Below are positions 29,634 to 40,146 of a stretch of DNA of 64,000 nt, piece by piece. The position numbers and the translations under genes are program-made. The stretch is from NCBI GenBank assembly GCA_944362765.1, contig CALVTP010000003.1:1711-65710 (forward strand). The letters run 5' to 3'. Numbering within the stretch: position 1 is the stretch's first letter; the number at the start of each line of letters is the position of its first letter. Source of the stretch: an uncultured Clostridia bacterium (GTDB lineage: Bacteria; Bacillota; Clostridia; Christensenellales; DTU072). The notes under the pieces are model-generated. The model saw only the letters and a program-made list of their open reading frames with translations. It searched no databases and was not told where the DNA came from.

Positions 29634-30053
29634 CGTTTTAGTTTATAAATCGTATTTATCGCTTTTTTACTCCGGGTCACGCGTTATCCGCAACTGTTTT
29701 ATCGGCGGCTTTTGCCGTTAAGACACCTTTTATTTTTCCGTTTGCGTTGAAGTCGTCCGGGAGTCGAACCGATTGATCGGCGGCGCCGTTTTGTGATTCG
29801 GTTTATTTTCAGATTATTTTTCACCGTGCCCGACGGAGAATTGTCGCGGGAAGTCTTTTCCGGCGGACGAATTTTTTTCCGGGACTTCGACGCAGCTTTC
29901 CCGCGCGGGGTATCTGACGACGACTGAAATTTTTACCCTTCGGGTGTCCGCAGAGAGGGGAAATGAGAACATCCGTTCGTATTGTGCCCGTAAGCAAGCC
30001 TTTTGGGAGCCTCAAATCCCAAAAATTTTAATAAATTTTCAAAAATTTTTATC

Positions 30054-30089
30054 AAAGTGGTTGAAAGTGGTTAAAGTATACTTTATAAT
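30054..30089 (+). promoter_or_regulatory. dcw/mraZ promoter (TTGAAA-17-TATAAT) overlapped by MraZ-type direct repeats
   Basis: AAAGTGG at 30054 and 30064 (10-bp period) plus a degenerate third copy, AAAGTAT. Confidence 0.75.
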
Positions 30090-30248
30090 ATAAGTAACAA
30101 ATTCGGAGGTCTATGTCGTGGAGAGGGCTTTAAGTTCTTCTCCTGCGGGCGAAGGAGAGCCGACGCCACGCGTGTGACTTCCCGAAGATCGCCACGAAAT
30201 CACCCGAAAGGGGAACGCCGGCGGCGAAAACGCAAAAGGACGGAGAAG

Positions 30249-30680
30249 ATGAACTATTGTTTCCTCGGAAAATTCAATCTCGCTTTGGACGACAAGTGCA
30301 GAATGCGCCTGCCGGCGAAGCTGAGACAGGCGATCGGCACCGGCTACGTCGTCATGTACGGCGCGGAGTCGTTGACGGTCATGCCGAAAGAAGATTTCGA
30401 GGCGCTGAACGAAAAATTCAGGGCTATTCCGTACTCCGACATCGCCGCGCGCCGCGCCGTTTCCGATATTCTCGGCACCGCTTTCGAACCGGAAGAGGAT
30501 GCGCAGGGGCGTTTCGTAATTCCGAAACATTCCCGTGACTATGCCGAGATAGTCAAAAACGTCGTCGTGGTGGGCGCAGGAAACGTCATAGAAATATGGT
30601 CGGAGGAGCGTTACGAAGCCACGCATGCCGTCACAAGCTACGCCGAAAAGCTGAAGGCGCTTCAGCAATATGGAATTTAA
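30249..30680 (+). CDS. mraZ: Transcriptional regulator MraZ
   Basis: LDDKCRMRLP, DAQGRFVIP, IEIWS; upstream of rsmH. Confidence 0.93.
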   Translation: MNYCFLGKFNLALDDKCRMRLPAKLRQAIGTGYVVMYGAESLTVMPKEDFEALNEKFRAIPYSDIAARRAVSDILGTAFEPEEDAQGRFVIPKHSRDYAEIVKNVVVVGAGNVIEIWSEERYEATHAVTSYAEKLKALQQYGI

Positions 30681-31599
30681 CCATATTCCCGTTATGCTAA
30701 GCGAGGCTGTCGAAGGGCTTTCGGTCAAGCCCGGAGGCGTTTACGTCGACGCGACGCTGGGGGGAGGCGGGCACTCCGCAAAGATTTTGTCGGAATTGGG
30801 GGAAGGAAGACTTATAGCTTTCGACCTCGACGAATGGGCTTTGAATAACGCCCGGGAACGCTTCGCGGGAGAGGAAAGAATAACACTCGTAAACGACAAT
30901 TTCAAGCGGATCCCCGAAGTGCTGACCGACATGGGAATTGATAAGATTGACGGGGCAATATTTGATTTGGGTATCTCAAGTCCGCAAATCGATACCCCGG
31001 AACGCGGATTCAGCTACATGCACGACGCACCGCTCGACATGAGAATGGATCTGAATGCAACTAAAAACGCCTATGATGTCGTCAACGGATATTCCGAGGA
31101 AGCACTGACCGGAGTGTTCAGGGAGTACGGCGAAGAGAAGGCGGCTTACCGGATTGCCGAGGACATCGTGCGGACAAGAAAGGTGAAGCCCATAGAGAGC
31201 ACCTTCGAACTCGTAAAAATCGTCGAGCGACATTATCCCGCTAACCCCCGGAAGCGTTCGGGGCATCCCGCAAAAAGAGTGTTCCAGGCGCTGAGGATAG
31301 AGGTGAACGACGAACTTGACGGGCTTTCCGAAGCCATCGAAAAGACGACGCTGAGGCTGAAACCGGGCGGAAGGATAGCGGTTATAACCTTTCACTCTTT
31401 GGAAGACAGAATAGTAAAAAACGTCTTTAAAGAGCTGGAAAAAGATTGCACCTGTCCCAAAAATTTCCCCGTTTGCGTGTGCGGAAAACGTAAGGAAATA
31501 GAGGTATTGACCAAAAAACCTATTACGGCAGGCGAGGAAGAGCTGACTAAAAATCCGCGTGCTGCGAGCGCAAAGCTCAGAATAGCGGAAAGAGTATAA
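30670..31599 (+). CDS. rsmH: 16S rRNA m4C1402 methyltransferase
   Basis: HIPVML, DATLGGGGHS, PLDMRMD, FHSLEDR, NPRAASAKLR. Confidence 0.97.
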   Translation: MEFNHIPVMLSEAVEGLSVKPGGVYVDATLGGGGHSAKILSELGEGRLIAFDLDEWALNNARERFAGEERITLVNDNFKRIPEVLTDMGIDKIDGAIFDLGISSPQIDTPERGFSYMHDAPLDMRMDLNATKNAYDVVNGYSEEALTGVFREYGEEKAAYRIAEDIVRTRKVKPIESTFELVKIVERHYPANPRKRSGHPAKRVFQALRIEVNDELDGLSEAIEKTTLRLKPGGRIAVITFHSLEDRIVKNVFKELEKDCTCPKNFPVCVCGKRKEIEVLTKKPITAGEEELTKNPRAASAKLRIAERV

Positions 31600-31624
31600 A
31601 TCGGAATAATATAAGGAGAGAGAC

Positions 31625-32149
31625 ATGGTAACGCTAAGAAGAGACATATCGGAATCGGAATCCAACTATATATCGGCTCCGCACGGCGAGATGACGGACT
31701 ATGACAGATTTATGCTCGGCAAGCGTTCCTCCGAAGCGGTAATCGAATGTTCGGGCTCCCGTAACTATGCTTACGGTACATCCGAATCTAAAAATTCCGA
31801 CGCAGAATACCGCGACTATATGCTAAGGCAGCTGAACAGAGATCACCCCGAAACCATGGTGACGAAAGAGCAGTTTTATATGGATCGTTTTGTTTCCGGA
31901 CACGCCTCCGTGCCGGCAAGAAAGCCCTTCCGTAAGATGACCAAAGCAGGGAAAATTTTTACGGCGGTTTACGTTCTTATCTTCGTCGCTCTTGCATCTA
32001 TTATTATTGCGGTAAACGCGGGCGGCGCCAAAGAACCGGTTGCCGAAGCCGTAGCAACGGGAGGGGAGATAGAGGCACTGCAAATCGAACAGAATGCCGT
32101 CGAAGGCAGCGCATACGACGATTTTCTGGACGCTTTGACAAATAAATGA
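31625..32149 (+). CDS. Single-pass membrane protein at the ftsL position
   Basis: AAGGAG RBS; one TM helix near the C-terminus; lies between rsmH and the PBP gene. Function is inferred from position only. Confidence 0.55.
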   Translation: MVTLRRDISESESNYISAPHGEMTDYDRFMLGKRSSEAVIECSGSRNYAYGTSESKNSDAEYRDYMLRQLNRDHPETMVTKEQFYMDRFVSGHASVPARKPFRKMTKAGKIFTAVYVLIFVALASIIIAVNAGGAKEPVAEAVATGGEIEALQIEQNAVEGSAYDDFLDALTNK

Positions 32150-32171
32150 CGCTCCCGTCCGGGAGGACGAT

Positions 32172-33881
32172 ACGGGACTTAAAACAGTCGGAAAAATTAC
32201 ATCTTATCGACAAAAGAGAAGGTTATCGGCGATATTTTTGCTGATAACCTTTTTGTTTGTCGCGGTGACGGCAAAGCTTGTATATATTGCCGCGGTGAGC
32301 GCCGGTTCTTTAAGGGTGAAGGCGTTGGAGCAGTGGTACAGAGACGTTCCGATACGCGCGGAGCGCGGCGCCATTTCAGACAGGAACGGCGTCGCTTTGG
32401 CTAAGTCGGAGAGCGCGTACACCCTCTATGCCCGTCCCGTAGAGATACCGTTGAAGGAGCAGGCTGCGAGAATTTTATCCGAAAAGCTGGAACTGAACTA
32501 CGCCCGACTCAAAGAAAAGCTGAACTCCAAGTCCTCGGAAATCACCTTAAAAAGAGGGGTAACCAAGGAAAAAATGTTGGAAATAATCGATTCCGGCGTA
32601 CCCGGGATATATGTTTCGGAGGACTTGAAGCGCGTCTATCCGTACGGCGATTTTCTGACGCAGGTATTGGGATTTACCTCTTCCGACGTCGTCGGACAGA
32701 CGGGGCTTGAAAGGTATCTGGAAAACTATCTGAAAGGCGTTGACGGCGCGGTGCTGACGGCTTCCGATCTTGTCGGTAGGCGGCTTCCCGATGGGGAGAC
32801 TTATTACCGGGAAGGGGTAAAAGGGGCGGACGTCACACTTAATATCGACGCAAATATCCAAAGTATCGTCGAAAACGCAGTCAAGAGAGCGATGCTGAAC
32901 CATTCGGCAAAGGGAGTCGGGGCGATAGTCATGGAGTGCGACACGGGCGCCGTTCTTGCGATGGCGGAGAGCCCTTCATTCGACCTCAACGCCGTGCCTC
33001 GCGACGACGTATCGCTGCTCCTCGAAGTCTCCCGTCCGAAGCTTATTTCCGACGTCTTCGAACCGGGTTCCACCTTCAAGATAGTGACCTCTGCGCTGGC
33101 GATAGAGGCGGGGTTGGTCAACGACGAAAAAAGATACTATTGCGGCGGCTCGGTAACGGTCGACAACCAAAAGATCCGTTGTTGGAGGGCGAAAGGGCAC
33201 GGCAGTCAAACGTTTACGGAGGGGGTCAAAAACTCCTGTAACTGCGTCTTCGTACAGGCGGCGCTGGAGCTGGGGCTCGACAGATTTTACGACGGTATGG
33301 AGGCATTCGGCGTCACCGAGAAGACGGGAATAGAACTTCCCGGCGAAGGAACGGGGCTGACTATCCCGAAGGGGAGCGTAAAAAATGTCGATCTTGCCAG
33401 AATAGGGTTCGGGCAGGCGGTGGCAATGACGCCGATAGAGCTTCTGTCGGCCTCTTGCACGGCAGTGAACGGGGGATATAAAGTCACTCCGAAATTGGTG
33501 GCAAAAATAGAAGACGAAAGCGGCATACTATATACGTGCGGGAGCGATAAAGGAAAAAGAGTGATAAGCGAAAGCACTTCAAAGACCCTTCGCGCCATGC
33601 TCGAAGCGGTGGTGCTGGAAGGCTCCGGAAAGAACGCAGCCGTCGACGGAGTGCGCGTAGGCGGAAAGACGGGTACGGCTCAGAAGTACGAGGACGGAAA
33701 GATCGCCCGCGGCAAGTACGTCTCGACATTCATCGGATTTGCTCCCGCCGACGAACCGAAGTATATCGCACTGTTTATGGTGGATGAGCCGGTAGGCGCC
33801 TATTACGGCGGAGTGGTGGCGGCGCCGTACGTCGGTGAAATTTACCAAAATATGTTTGAATACCTGGGGTATATGTCATAA
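32172..33881 (+). CDS. spoVD: Class B penicillin-binding protein (SpoVD/FtsI family), no PASTA domains
   Basis: RGAISDRNG, RVYPYG, EPGSTFK, SCN, GKTGTAQ. The start is uncertain (ACG 32172 or TTG 32238). Confidence 0.85.
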   Translation, partial: TGLKTVGKITSYRQKRRLSAIFLLITFLFVAVTAKLVYIAAVSAGSLRVKALEQWYRDVPIRAERGAISDRNGVALAKSESAYTLYARPVEIPLKEQAARILSEKLELNYARLKEKLNSKSSEITLKRGVTKEKMLEIIDSGVPGIYVSEDLKRVYPYGDFLTQVLGFTSSDVVGQTGLERYLENYLKGVDGAVLTASDLVGRRLPDGETYYREGVKGADVTLNIDANIQSIVENAVKRAMLNHSAKGVGAIVMECDTGAVLAMAESPSFDLNAVPRDDVSLLLEVSRPKLISDVFEPGSTFKIVTSALAIEAGLVNDEKRYYCGGSVTVDNQKIRCWRAKGHGSQTFTEGVKNSCNCVFVQAALELGLDRFYDGMEAFGVTEKTGIELPGEGTGLTIPKGSVKNVDLARIGFGQAVAMTPIELLSASCTAVNGGYKVTPKLVAKIEDESGILYTCGSDKGKRVISESTSKTLRAMLEAVVLEGSGKNAAVDGVRVGGKTGTAQKYEDGKIARGKYVSTFIGFAPADEPKYIALFMVDEPVGAYYGGVVAAPYVGEIYQNMFEYLGYMS

Positions 33882-33892
33882 ATATTACCCTT

Positions 33893-35356
33893 TTGGAGGA
33901 GAAGATGATATTAAAAGAGCTTGTATCCGGCGTGGAGCATGAACTTACTTCGGATGTCGGCGTGTACGAAACGGAGATAGAGTTTTTGACTCATAACTCT
34001 TCGGAATGCGGGAAAGGCGCGCTGTTTTTTGCGATCAACGGAAGTCGTACCGACGGAGGGGCGTTCATCGCCGAGGCGGAAAGAAAGGGTGCCGCGGCGT
34101 ATGTTTCGGAAAGAAAGCTTCCCTCGTTACTTCCGGGGATCATCGTCGGGGACGTCAGGGAAGCGATGGCTCTTATGGCGGGCAATTTTTATTACAACGC
34201 CCACAGGAAGCTTAAAATAATAGCCGTCGTCGGCACCAACGGCAAGACCACCACGGCGCATATGACGGCGGAAATTTTGAAGGAAGCGGGAGAGTCTGTC
34301 GCCGTATTCGGAACCTCCGGCGTCGATATTTCCGGAAGAAGCTACCCTTCGCGGCTGACCACTCCCGACCCGATAGAGCTCCATCGCCTGTTCCAGCTTG
34401 CCTACTTATCGGGTGCGAAATATGTCGTGATGGAAGTTTCCGCCCACGCGATCGCGCTGAAAAAACTTAGCGGAGTACGCGTAAAAATTGCTATTTTTAC
34501 CAATTTCAGTCGCGACCACCTCGATTTTTTCCGAGATATGGAAAGCTATAAAAAGGTCAAAGCCGGCTACTTCACTCCGGAGCACGCCGAGTTTCAGGTA
34601 ATCAACGCAGACGACGAAACGGGGCGGGAGATAGCTTCCCGCGAAGCCCTTCCGACGGCAACTTACGGTACAGAAAATCCGGCGGACGTTTTTGCGATAG
34701 ATTTTGACTATTCCTCGCGGTTGAGATGTATTGTCAACTGTTTCGACGACATCTTCGAGCTGGAAGCTCCGTTTGCCGGGCGTTTCAATCTCTATAACGC
34801 GCTGGCTGCGACGACGGCGGTCAGGCTTCTGGGAGTGGAGAGCGGGGTCATCATGCGGGCATTCAGGTGTATGAGCGAAGTAGAAGGACGTTTCAATATT
34901 CTGGATTCGGGGCGGCGGGCGATTATCGACTACGCGCATACCCCGGACGGGCTGACAAATCTTTTGGACTCCGCGCGTAAGCTGGTTCCGGCGGGCGGCA
35001 GGTTGATTTCGGTATTCGGCTGCGGCGGCGACAGGGACATGGGAAAACGCAGCGAAATGGGGAGAATCTCCTCCAGACTAGCCGATTTTACCGTTTTAAC
35101 GTCCGATAACCCCCGCTCCGAAGACCCGGAGGCTATCATCCGCGATATAGAAGCGGGCGTCGACAAAGGCGCGGAATATATCGTCATCGCAGAGCGCGCC
35201 GAGGCAATCGCATACGCTTTGTTGACGGCGGGAAAGCGCGACGTCGTCGTCATCTCCGGAAAGGGCGGAGAGAACTACACCGAGGTCAAAGGAGAGCGGA
35301 TAAGGTACTCCGACCGCGCCGAAGTGCTGGAATCTTTCAGGAGATATAACTTATGA
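33893..35356 (+). CDS. murE: UDP-MurNAc-dipeptide--diaminopimelate ligase
   Basis: GTNGKTT, MEVSAH, DYAHTPD; DNPR motif indicates mDAP type. Confidence 0.95.
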   Translation: MEEKMILKELVSGVEHELTSDVGVYETEIEFLTHNSSECGKGALFFAINGSRTDGGAFIAEAERKGAAAYVSERKLPSLLPGIIVGDVREAMALMAGNFYYNAHRKLKIIAVVGTNGKTTTAHMTAEILKEAGESVAVFGTSGVDISGRSYPSRLTTPDPIELHRLFQLAYLSGAKYVVMEVSAHAIALKKLSGVRVKIAIFTNFSRDHLDFFRDMESYKKVKAGYFTPEHAEFQVINADDETGREIASREALPTATYGTENPADVFAIDFDYSSRLRCIVNCFDDIFELEAPFAGRFNLYNALAATTAVRLLGVESGVIMRAFRCMSEVEGRFNILDSGRRAIIDYAHTPDGLTNLLDSARKLVPAGGRLISVFGCGGDRDMGKRSEMGRISSRLADFTVLTSDNPRSEDPEAIIRDIEAGVDKGAEYIVIAERAEAIAYALLTAGKRDVVVISGKGGENYTEVKGERIRYSDRAEVLESFRRYNL

Positions 35357-36351
35357 ACGGCTTTCCGACCGCTGTACTGACCGCTTTGGGTTCCTTTTTT
35401 GCGGCGATGCTCATCGCGCCGCTTGTCATTAAGCTTGCAAAGGGACGGGCGGAACAGACCGTACTCGGTTACGTCACACAGCACGAAGGGAAGGCGGGTA
35501 CGCCCACTTTCGGCGGTCTGATTTTTATAATCTCCTCGGTTGCGGCGGCTTCCGTCGCCGGCGTTTTTTCCTATGAGCTGGGAAGGATGCTGATGCTTGT
35601 CTTTGTCGGTTACGGACTTATAGGCTTCACCGACGACTTCATCAAGATAAAGTTAAAACGCAACAAAGGGCTGGCGGCTTGGCAGAAGATAATTTTCCAG
35701 CTCGGAGCCGGTTTTCTGGCGGCGTGGTTTTCCTATAAAAGCCAATTTGTCGGTTCCTCGGTGGCGCTGAATTTCGGACTCGGGGAGTGGGAGCTCGGGG
35801 TATGGTATATTCCGTTTGCCGCGTTGGTATTCGTCGCCATGTCGAACGCCGTCAACCTGACGGACGGTCTGGACGGGCTGGCGGGAGGTACCGGTGCCGT
35901 ATACGTGTCGTTTTTTGCGGTGATAACGGCGCTAGCCGCACTCAAAGCCGAAGCGCTCGGCATGACGACCTACGCAAAGGAATTAAACTCCGTCGTATAT
36001 TCCGCAACGGCGCTTTTAGGAGGTTTATTGGCGTTTTTGTGGTTCAATTCCCCGAAAGCTTCTGTTTTCATGGGGGATACCGGTTCGCTTGCGCTCGGGG
36101 CGTTCTTCGCGGCGCTGGCGCTGTTTTCGAAAAATCCGTTTATCTCCGTCGTCATCGGAATAATGTATGTCCTCAGCTGCATATCGGTAATTATACAGGT
36201 TGCCTCTTTTAAGCTGACCGGGAAGCGGGTGCTGAGAATGTCTCCTCTTCATCACCATCTCGAACTCGGCGGGATGCCGGAAAGCAAGATCACCGCAAGA
36301 TATATGATAATAACTTTCGTCGGAGGGCTGGTTGCGCTCGCGATAATTTAA
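35353..36351 (+). CDS. mraY: Phospho-MurNAc-pentapeptide transferase
   Basis: KAGTPTFGG, NAVNLTDGLDGL, FMGDTGS, PLHHHLE. Confidence 0.97.
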   Translation: MNGFPTAVLTALGSFFAAMLIAPLVIKLAKGRAEQTVLGYVTQHEGKAGTPTFGGLIFIISSVAAASVAGVFSYELGRMLMLVFVGYGLIGFTDDFIKIKLKRNKGLAAWQKIIFQLGAGFLAAWFSYKSQFVGSSVALNFGLGEWELGVWYIPFAALVFVAMSNAVNLTDGLDGLAGGTGAVYVSFFAVITALAALKAEALGMTTYAKELNSVVYSATALLGGLLAFLWFNSPKASVFMGDTGSLALGAFFAALALFSKNPFISVVIGIMYVLSCISVIIQVASFKLTGKRVLRMSPLHHHLELGGMPESKITARYMIITFVGGLVALAII

Positions 36352-36365
36352 AGAGAGGGGAAAAT

Positions 36366-37637
36366 ATGAAAAAAGCCATAGTCATCGGAATGCGTTTAAG
36401 CGGCACCGCTGCCGCGGCGTTGCTGGAAAGGGAGGGTTACGAGGTATTCAGGTGCGACGACGATCCTTCGATAGCTCCGGAAAGCCCCGGTATACCGCTG
36501 TCGGAGTGCGAACTTATAGTCGCTTCTCCGTCAATCCCCGCCGGTCATCCGCTGATTGCGGAAGCCGAAGCCTCCGGCGTCCCGGTGATTTCAGAAGTCG
36601 AACTCGGTTCCGGAAAACTTACCGGAAAAATCGTCGCCGTCACCGGCACGAACGGCAAGACCACCGTCACCGATATGATCGACCGCGCCCTGAAGTGCTC
36701 GGGAATAAGTTCTTTTGCGATGGGGAACATCGGCTATCCCGTCTCTCAGGCGGCGCTGGACGGAAAAGAAAGAGCGGTAAACGTCATAGAAGTCTCTTCC
36801 TTCCAGGCGGAGCGCTGTTTTAAGTTCCGACCTGACATGGCGGTATTTACGAACATTGCGCCCGACCACCTGGACAGGTACCCGGATTTTGAAAGTTACT
36901 TTGCGGCGAAGAAGCGGATTTTCAGGTTGCAGACGGCTTCCGACGTTGCCGTTCTGAACTACGACGACAAACGCATAAGGGAATTCGGTGCCCATATTTC
37001 AGCCGAAACGGTATGGGTGAGCATGACCGAACCCGTCGGCGATGCTTACATAAAAAACAACGCCTATTATCTTAACGGAGAGGCGCTGGCGTCGTTGAAG
37101 GAAACGAGAATCCGCGGCGAATTCAACCGCTTCAACATGCTGACGGCGCTTGCGGCGGCGTCCCGCCTCGGAGCAGGTAAAGAGGGTCTGAAAAAATTTA
37201 TAAGAGAGTACCGCCCCCTTCCTCACAGGACGGAATACGTCGGAGTGCTGGACGGCAGGCGCTGTTTCAACGACTCCAAAGGCACCAACTCGGCGGCGAC
37301 GCTTGCAGCACTCGGCGCGATGGAAGGGAAGGTGGCACTGATAATGGGCGGTTCCGACAAAAAGGAAGATTTTTGCGAGTTTTTCCTGAGTGTTCCGGAA
37401 AACCTCGTTTTTGTAGCTGCTACGGGCGCCAATGCCGAAAAAATATACGGTTCGGCGTTGAAGGTGGGCTTTAACGACATCGTCGTGACAAAGGATCTTG
37501 AGGGGGCGCTCGACCTCGCGAAAGCCTCGCCTGCGGACGTCATACTGTTTTCTCCGGCTTCCGCCTCTTTCGACCGTTACGCCGGCTATAAAGAGAGGGG
37601 TGAAAGCTTCAAAAATCTGGTCTCTTCAATGAAATAA
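36366..37637 (+). CDS. murD: UDP-MurNAc-L-Ala--D-Glu ligase
   Basis: TGTNGKTT, EVSSFQ, DHLDRY, NDSKGTN, SPASASFD. Confidence 0.96.
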   Translation: MKKAIVIGMRLSGTAAAALLEREGYEVFRCDDDPSIAPESPGIPLSECELIVASPSIPAGHPLIAEAEASGVPVISEVELGSGKLTGKIVAVTGTNGKTTVTDMIDRALKCSGISSFAMGNIGYPVSQAALDGKERAVNVIEVSSFQAERCFKFRPDMAVFTNIAPDHLDRYPDFESYFAAKKRIFRLQTASDVAVLNYDDKRIREFGAHISAETVWVSMTEPVGDAYIKNNAYYLNGEALASLKETRIRGEFNRFNMLTALAAASRLGAGKEGLKKFIREYRPLPHRTEYVGVLDGRRCFNDSKGTNSAATLAALGAMEGKVALIMGGSDKKEDFCEFFLSVPENLVFVAATGANAEKIYGSALKVGFNDIVVTKDLEGALDLAKASPADVILFSPASASFDRYAGYKERGESFKNLVSSMK

Positions 37638-37639
37638 CA

Positions 37640-38878
37640 GTGAAAACACCGAAAAAGCTGCCGAAAATTTCCGATTTCAGGGCGAAAACAGCGCCTGAAA
37701 AGGCTGTCGCGTTGAAGGTCGTGCCGGGAAGCTTTCCGTCCGTAAAGAAAGCGTCGCGGGAGGACGCCGAGCGCCGGAAGCTGCGGGCAATGATAATCGT
37801 TCCCGCCGTGGCGCTTTCTCTTCTCGGACTGGTGATGATTTATTCGGCGAGTTCCTATTCCGCTTTACTCAGTTACGGCGATCGGTTTTTTTATGTAAAA
37901 AAGCAGCTTCTCGGTCTCATTCCGGGACTTCTGATGATGTATTTCGGGTACAAATTTCCGAAGGAGCGCCTTAAAAAACTGTCCGGGTGGCTGTTGGCGG
38001 CGTCGGTCATCCTTCTCGCAGCGGTGTTTATTCCGGGACTCGGTCAGACGAGCTACGGCGCCACAAGATGGATAAATCTCGGGTTCATCACCTTTCAGCC
38101 CTCGGAGCTTGCAAAGTTCGCGCTGGCGTTGTTTTTGGCGAAACGCTATGCTTCAAAGCCGCCCCGCTCCGCAAAAGATCTGATTGTTCCGTTCGCCGCC
38201 GTGGCAGCGGTACTTGCTCTTATCATGGCGGAGCCGAATATGTCGGTCACTCTTGCCATAGCCGCTTCGGTGCTGCTTATTACCGTTGCGGCAGGGCTCG
38301 ACAATAAATTTATCGTCGTTTTGACGATATTTGCGCTGGCGGCGGTTCCCGCGCTTATAATAGCCGAACCGTACCGGGTAAGAAGACTGCTTGCCTTTCT
38401 GGATCCCTGGGAAAATCCGCGCGACGAAGGGTATCAGCTCATTCAGTCCTACTATGCGATAGGGGGAGGAGGCTTTTTCGGAAGAGGACTGTTCAACAGC
38501 CGTCAAAAATATCTTTTCCTGCCGTTTGCCGAATCCGATTTTATTTTTTCGGTGGTTGCCGAGGAGCTGGGAGTCCCGGGATGTCTTCTTGTGATTGCGC
38601 TTTTTATAGTTTTTATATACGCCGGGATAAAGACGGCTTATCTGCAAACGGACGCCTTCCGCCGCCTTGCCGCCTTCGGAATGACCGCCGTCATCGCAGT
38701 GCAGGCACTGATGAATATTGCCGTGGTCACCGGTTCGGTGCCTCCGACGGGACTGCCGCTTCCCTTCATGTCTGCGGGCGGGAGTTCTCTTATGGTATTT
38801 CTGACCGCGGCGGGGGTGATAGCGGGCTTTCAGAAGAGGGAGCCCTCGGAAAGTCACAATCGGTTCGGCTCGTCATAG
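37640..38878 (+). CDS. ftsW: SEDS peptidoglycan glycosyltransferase (FtsW/SpoVE)
   Basis: GLVMIYSAS, FQPSELAK, LPFAESDFIF, PTGLPLPFMSAGGSS. Confidence 0.92.
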   Translation: MKTPKKLPKISDFRAKTAPEKAVALKVVPGSFPSVKKASREDAERRKLRAMIIVPAVALSLLGLVMIYSASSYSALLSYGDRFFYVKKQLLGLIPGLLMMYFGYKFPKERLKKLSGWLLAASVILLAAVFIPGLGQTSYGATRWINLGFITFQPSELAKFALALFLAKRYASKPPRSAKDLIVPFAAVAAVLALIMAEPNMSVTLAIAASVLLITVAAGLDNKFIVVLTIFALAAVPALIIAEPYRVRRLLAFLDPWENPRDEGYQLIQSYYAIGGGGFFGRGLFNSRQKYLFLPFAESDFIFSVVAEELGVPGCLLVIALFIVFIYAGIKTAYLQTDAFRRLAAFGMTAVIAVQALMNIAVVTGSVPPTGLPLPFMSAGGSSLMVFLTAAGVIAGFQKREPSESHNRFGSS

Positions 38879-38886
38879 AATGTGGT

Positions 38887-40146
38887 GTGAGTAAGTACAT
38901 AATAGCAAACGGCGATAAACCCGCCGCTTTAAAGGGTAAAGTTAAGGTTCAGGGCTCCAAAAACGGTGCCTTGCCGCTTATTGCCGCGGCAGCGCTCACC
39001 GACAGAGAGGTGGTTCTGAATAACTGCCCGGATATTCTCGACGTCGAAAATATGCTGAGGATTTACGCCTCCCTCGGCGGAAACTACGAGCGACGCGGGC
39101 ATGAGGTGCGCCTGAAAATGGAATACATGAACTCTCACGAGATAGCCTCTTCCCTTGCGGGGGAGCTGAGAAGTTCCGTATTTATGCTTGGCGCCATTCT
39201 TTCGCGTGCAAAGAAGGCTGCCGTGGCGTATCCCGGGGGCTGCGATATCGGACTCAGACCCATAGACCTTCACCTGAAAGCCTTCCGCGAGATGGGGGTC
39301 AGGATCCGCGACAGATACGGCTATATTCAATGCGACGCTTCGAATACGTCGGCAGCAGAAATCGACCTTGACTATCCGAGCGTCGGAGCTACCGAAAACA
39401 TTATGATGCTGGCGGCGGGTACAAAAGGTACTACCACCATAAAAAACGCCGCGGGCGAGCCGGAAATAATAGCCCTTCAGGAGTTCATAAACGCTTTGGG
39501 CGGCTCCGTTTCGGGGGCGGGAAGCTCGGTGGTGAGAGTAAAAGGGACGGAAGACTTCGGTTCCGCAACCGTCGACGTCGACTTTGACAGGATTGTCGCA
39601 GGTACATACATGATAGCCGTCGCCATGTGCGGGGGAGAGGTGATTTTCGAAGGAGCGGACGGAGGACAACTGACCGCTCTTATTTCAAAGCTGAAGGCGG
39701 CGGGCGCGGAGATAGACGCCGGGCAGAAGGCGATAAAGATAGCCTCCGACGGCTTGCCGCGGGCGGTGGGATCCGTCGAAACGGGCGCATATCCCGGGTT
39801 TCCTACGGACTTGCAGGCACCCTTTGGAGCGCTTGCCGCCGTCTCCTCGGGAAGTACGGTCATTGTCGAAAATATCTTCGAAACGAGATTTAAATATCTT
39901 GCGGAGTTGACAAAAATGGGCGCTTCGGTTAAAGTAAAAGACAGAGTTGCCGTACTTACAGGCACGGGACGCCTTACCGGAGCTTCCGTAAAAGCGATGG
40001 ATCTCAGGGGAGGAGCCGCCCTGATGCTTGCGGGATTGAAGGCGGAAGGCGTTACCGTCATCGAAAACGGCAGACATATCATGCGGGGTTACGAAGCCCC
40101 GGAGGAGGTTTTAAGCGCTCTCGGCGCTTCCGTTACAAAAGTATAA
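38887..40146 (+). CDS. murA: UDP-GlcNAc 1-carboxyvinyltransferase
   Basis: GSKNGALP, PGGCDIGLRPIDLH, SVGATEN, FPTDLQ, DLRGGA. Start taken as GTG 38887. Confidence 0.95.
   Translation: MSKYIIANGDKPAALKGKVKVQGSKNGALPLIAAAALTDREVVLNNCPDILDVENMLRIYASLGGNYERRGHEVRLKMEYMNSHEIASSLAGELRSSVFMLGAILSRAKKAAVAYPGGCDIGLRPIDLHLKAFREMGVRIRDRYGYIQCDASNTSAAEIDLDYPSVGATENIMMLAAGTKGTTTIKNAAGEPEIIALQEFINALGGSVSGAGSSVVRVKGTEDFGSATVDVDFDRIVAGTYMIAVAMCGGEVIFEGADGGQLTALISKLKAAGAEIDAGQKAIKIASDGLPRAVGSVETGAYPGFPTDLQAPFGALAAVSSGSTVIVENIFETRFKYLAELTKMGASVKVKDRVAVLTGTGRLTGASVKAMDLRGGAALMLAGLKAEGVTVIENGRHIMRGYEAPEEVLSALGASVTKV

Noticed and set aside
30096-30248. Riboswitch in the ~150-nt mraZ leader
   Set aside because: Only short generic hairpins; no recognisable aptamer or terminator.
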